A stretch of DNA of 64,000 nt. Origin: Neoconidiobolus thromboides FSU 785. Taxonomy: Eukaryota; Fungi; Entomophthoromycota. Location of the stretch: positions 1-64,000 of the forward strand of contig MU626312.1 of assembly GCA_025603075.1 (NCBI GenBank), in the 5' to 3' direction. Positions within the stretch are counted from its first letter, which is position 1; every line of letters begins with the position of its first letter. A program made the translations under genes and the position numbers. Positions 63,226 to 64,000 of this stretch are shown here, piece by piece. Below the pieces are notes generated by a model. The model saw only the letters and a program-made list of their open reading frames with translations, did not search any database and was not told where the DNA came from.

Positions 63226-64000
63226 AATGGTAACCTTCAATCTAATAAATACTAAAATATCTTTCATTAATTGTTTTATTACTTTATAGTTTGGAGGTTA
63301 CAATGATGAAGAAGGAGGTGGTGGGTTTAATGCTTTTGGTTTTAATTTAAATCAAATTCAATTTCCATTTGCTCAATACAACACTAATTTTGAAGAAAGT
63401 TATCGTGTTTATTCAGTACAGAATTTACCTGGACCATCTAGAACCTCGGTTAATTTTGGTGGAAAAAGTAAGTTGAATTAAGATTATAATTGTAATATAA
63501 AGTTGATTAATTTATTTTATTAAAAATATAGTTTTTTTACCCCCATCTGCTTTAGTTAAATTGTGTAAGTTTATTAGAATGAAATCAGACTAATGAAATG
63601 CTGTATATTAATATTGTTTTTTTATTTTTAATAGCCAATTTAAATATTAGTTACCCAATGTTATTTGAGCTAAAATTTAATGAAACTTATACTTATGCTG
63701 GTGTGTTGGAATTTATTGCTGAAGAAGGAAGAGTTTATATACCGCAATGGGTAATCTTTATTAAACTCAAAGTTTTTAATAAGAATTTTAATTAATATAA
63801 TAATAAATAGATGTTGGAATCCTTACAAGCAACTGAAGGAGATATCATTGATATATGTAGTACTAGTTTACCACTTGGTACCTTTGTTAAAATTCAACCG
63901 CAATCTCCAGATTTCTTAGACATTACAGATCCTAAAGCAGTGTAAGTTCATTCTTATAACAACAACAAAAGAATATTTTTTTAAATTAAGGATTATATTA
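63226..64000 (+). CDS. UFD1: Ubiquitin fusion degradation protein 1 (5' part; runs off the window end)
   Basis: ATG-only first exon, then [42 protein letters not shown] and [25 protein letters not shown]. Confidence 0.95.

Noticed and set aside
1-64000. U12-type introns, selenocysteine or readthrough recoding
   Set aside because: RTATCCTT matches occur only on the non-coding strand, inside exons or in intergenic DNA. No conserved gene has an in-frame TGA, and I saw no SECIS-like hairpin by eye (not computationally excluded).
1-64000. tRNA, rRNA, CRISPR arrays, telomeric repeats, transposase or RT ORFs
   Set aside because: No cloverleaf with A/B boxes, rRNA-like tract, regular repeat-spacer array, TTAGGG array or TE-coding ORF was recognised. 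Small ncRNAs in the long spacers cannot be excluded without Infernal.

Overview
Gene-dense, very AT-rich eukaryotic (fungal) genomic DNA with short GT-AG introns (mostly about 40-65 nt), so the ORF track fragments most genes and misses several. I reconstruct 29 protein-coding genes. In order: a secreted Ala/Pro-rich protein (partial), ALE1-like MBOAT, HEM3, a small complex I accessory subunit, eIF4A, a STIL-N-domain protein, a GCKIII kinase, TFB1M-like methyltransferase, an Alba-like protein, a circularly permuted ATP-grasp ligase, RPC82, NAC-alpha, Twinkle, FMC1, WBP11, an Aa_trans transporter, Ede1/Eps15, CHS7, HSP20, MLH3, a second HSP20, an SDR, GAA1, MIA40, GPI2, a truncated Yta7/ATAD2-like ATPase, striatin, a Bem1-like scaffold and UFD1 (partial). 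A ~100-bp MITE-like family is present in 4 copies, one nested in a related element. CHS7 marks the DNA as fungal. Twinkle, TFB1M-type and CHCHD4-type genes point to an early-diverging lineage; Entomophthoromycotina (Conidiobolus-like) is my guess from composition and intron size, not a verified assignment. No rRNA, tRNA or CRISPR array was recognised. The best leads are the STIL-like centriole-factor homolog, the orphan CP-ATP-grasp amidoligase, an MLH3 with apparently dead ATPase motifs but intact endonuclease motifs, and a Twinkle with a half-degenerate primase domain. Family calls come from motif recognition from memory, not database searches, and exon boundaries are hand-inferred.
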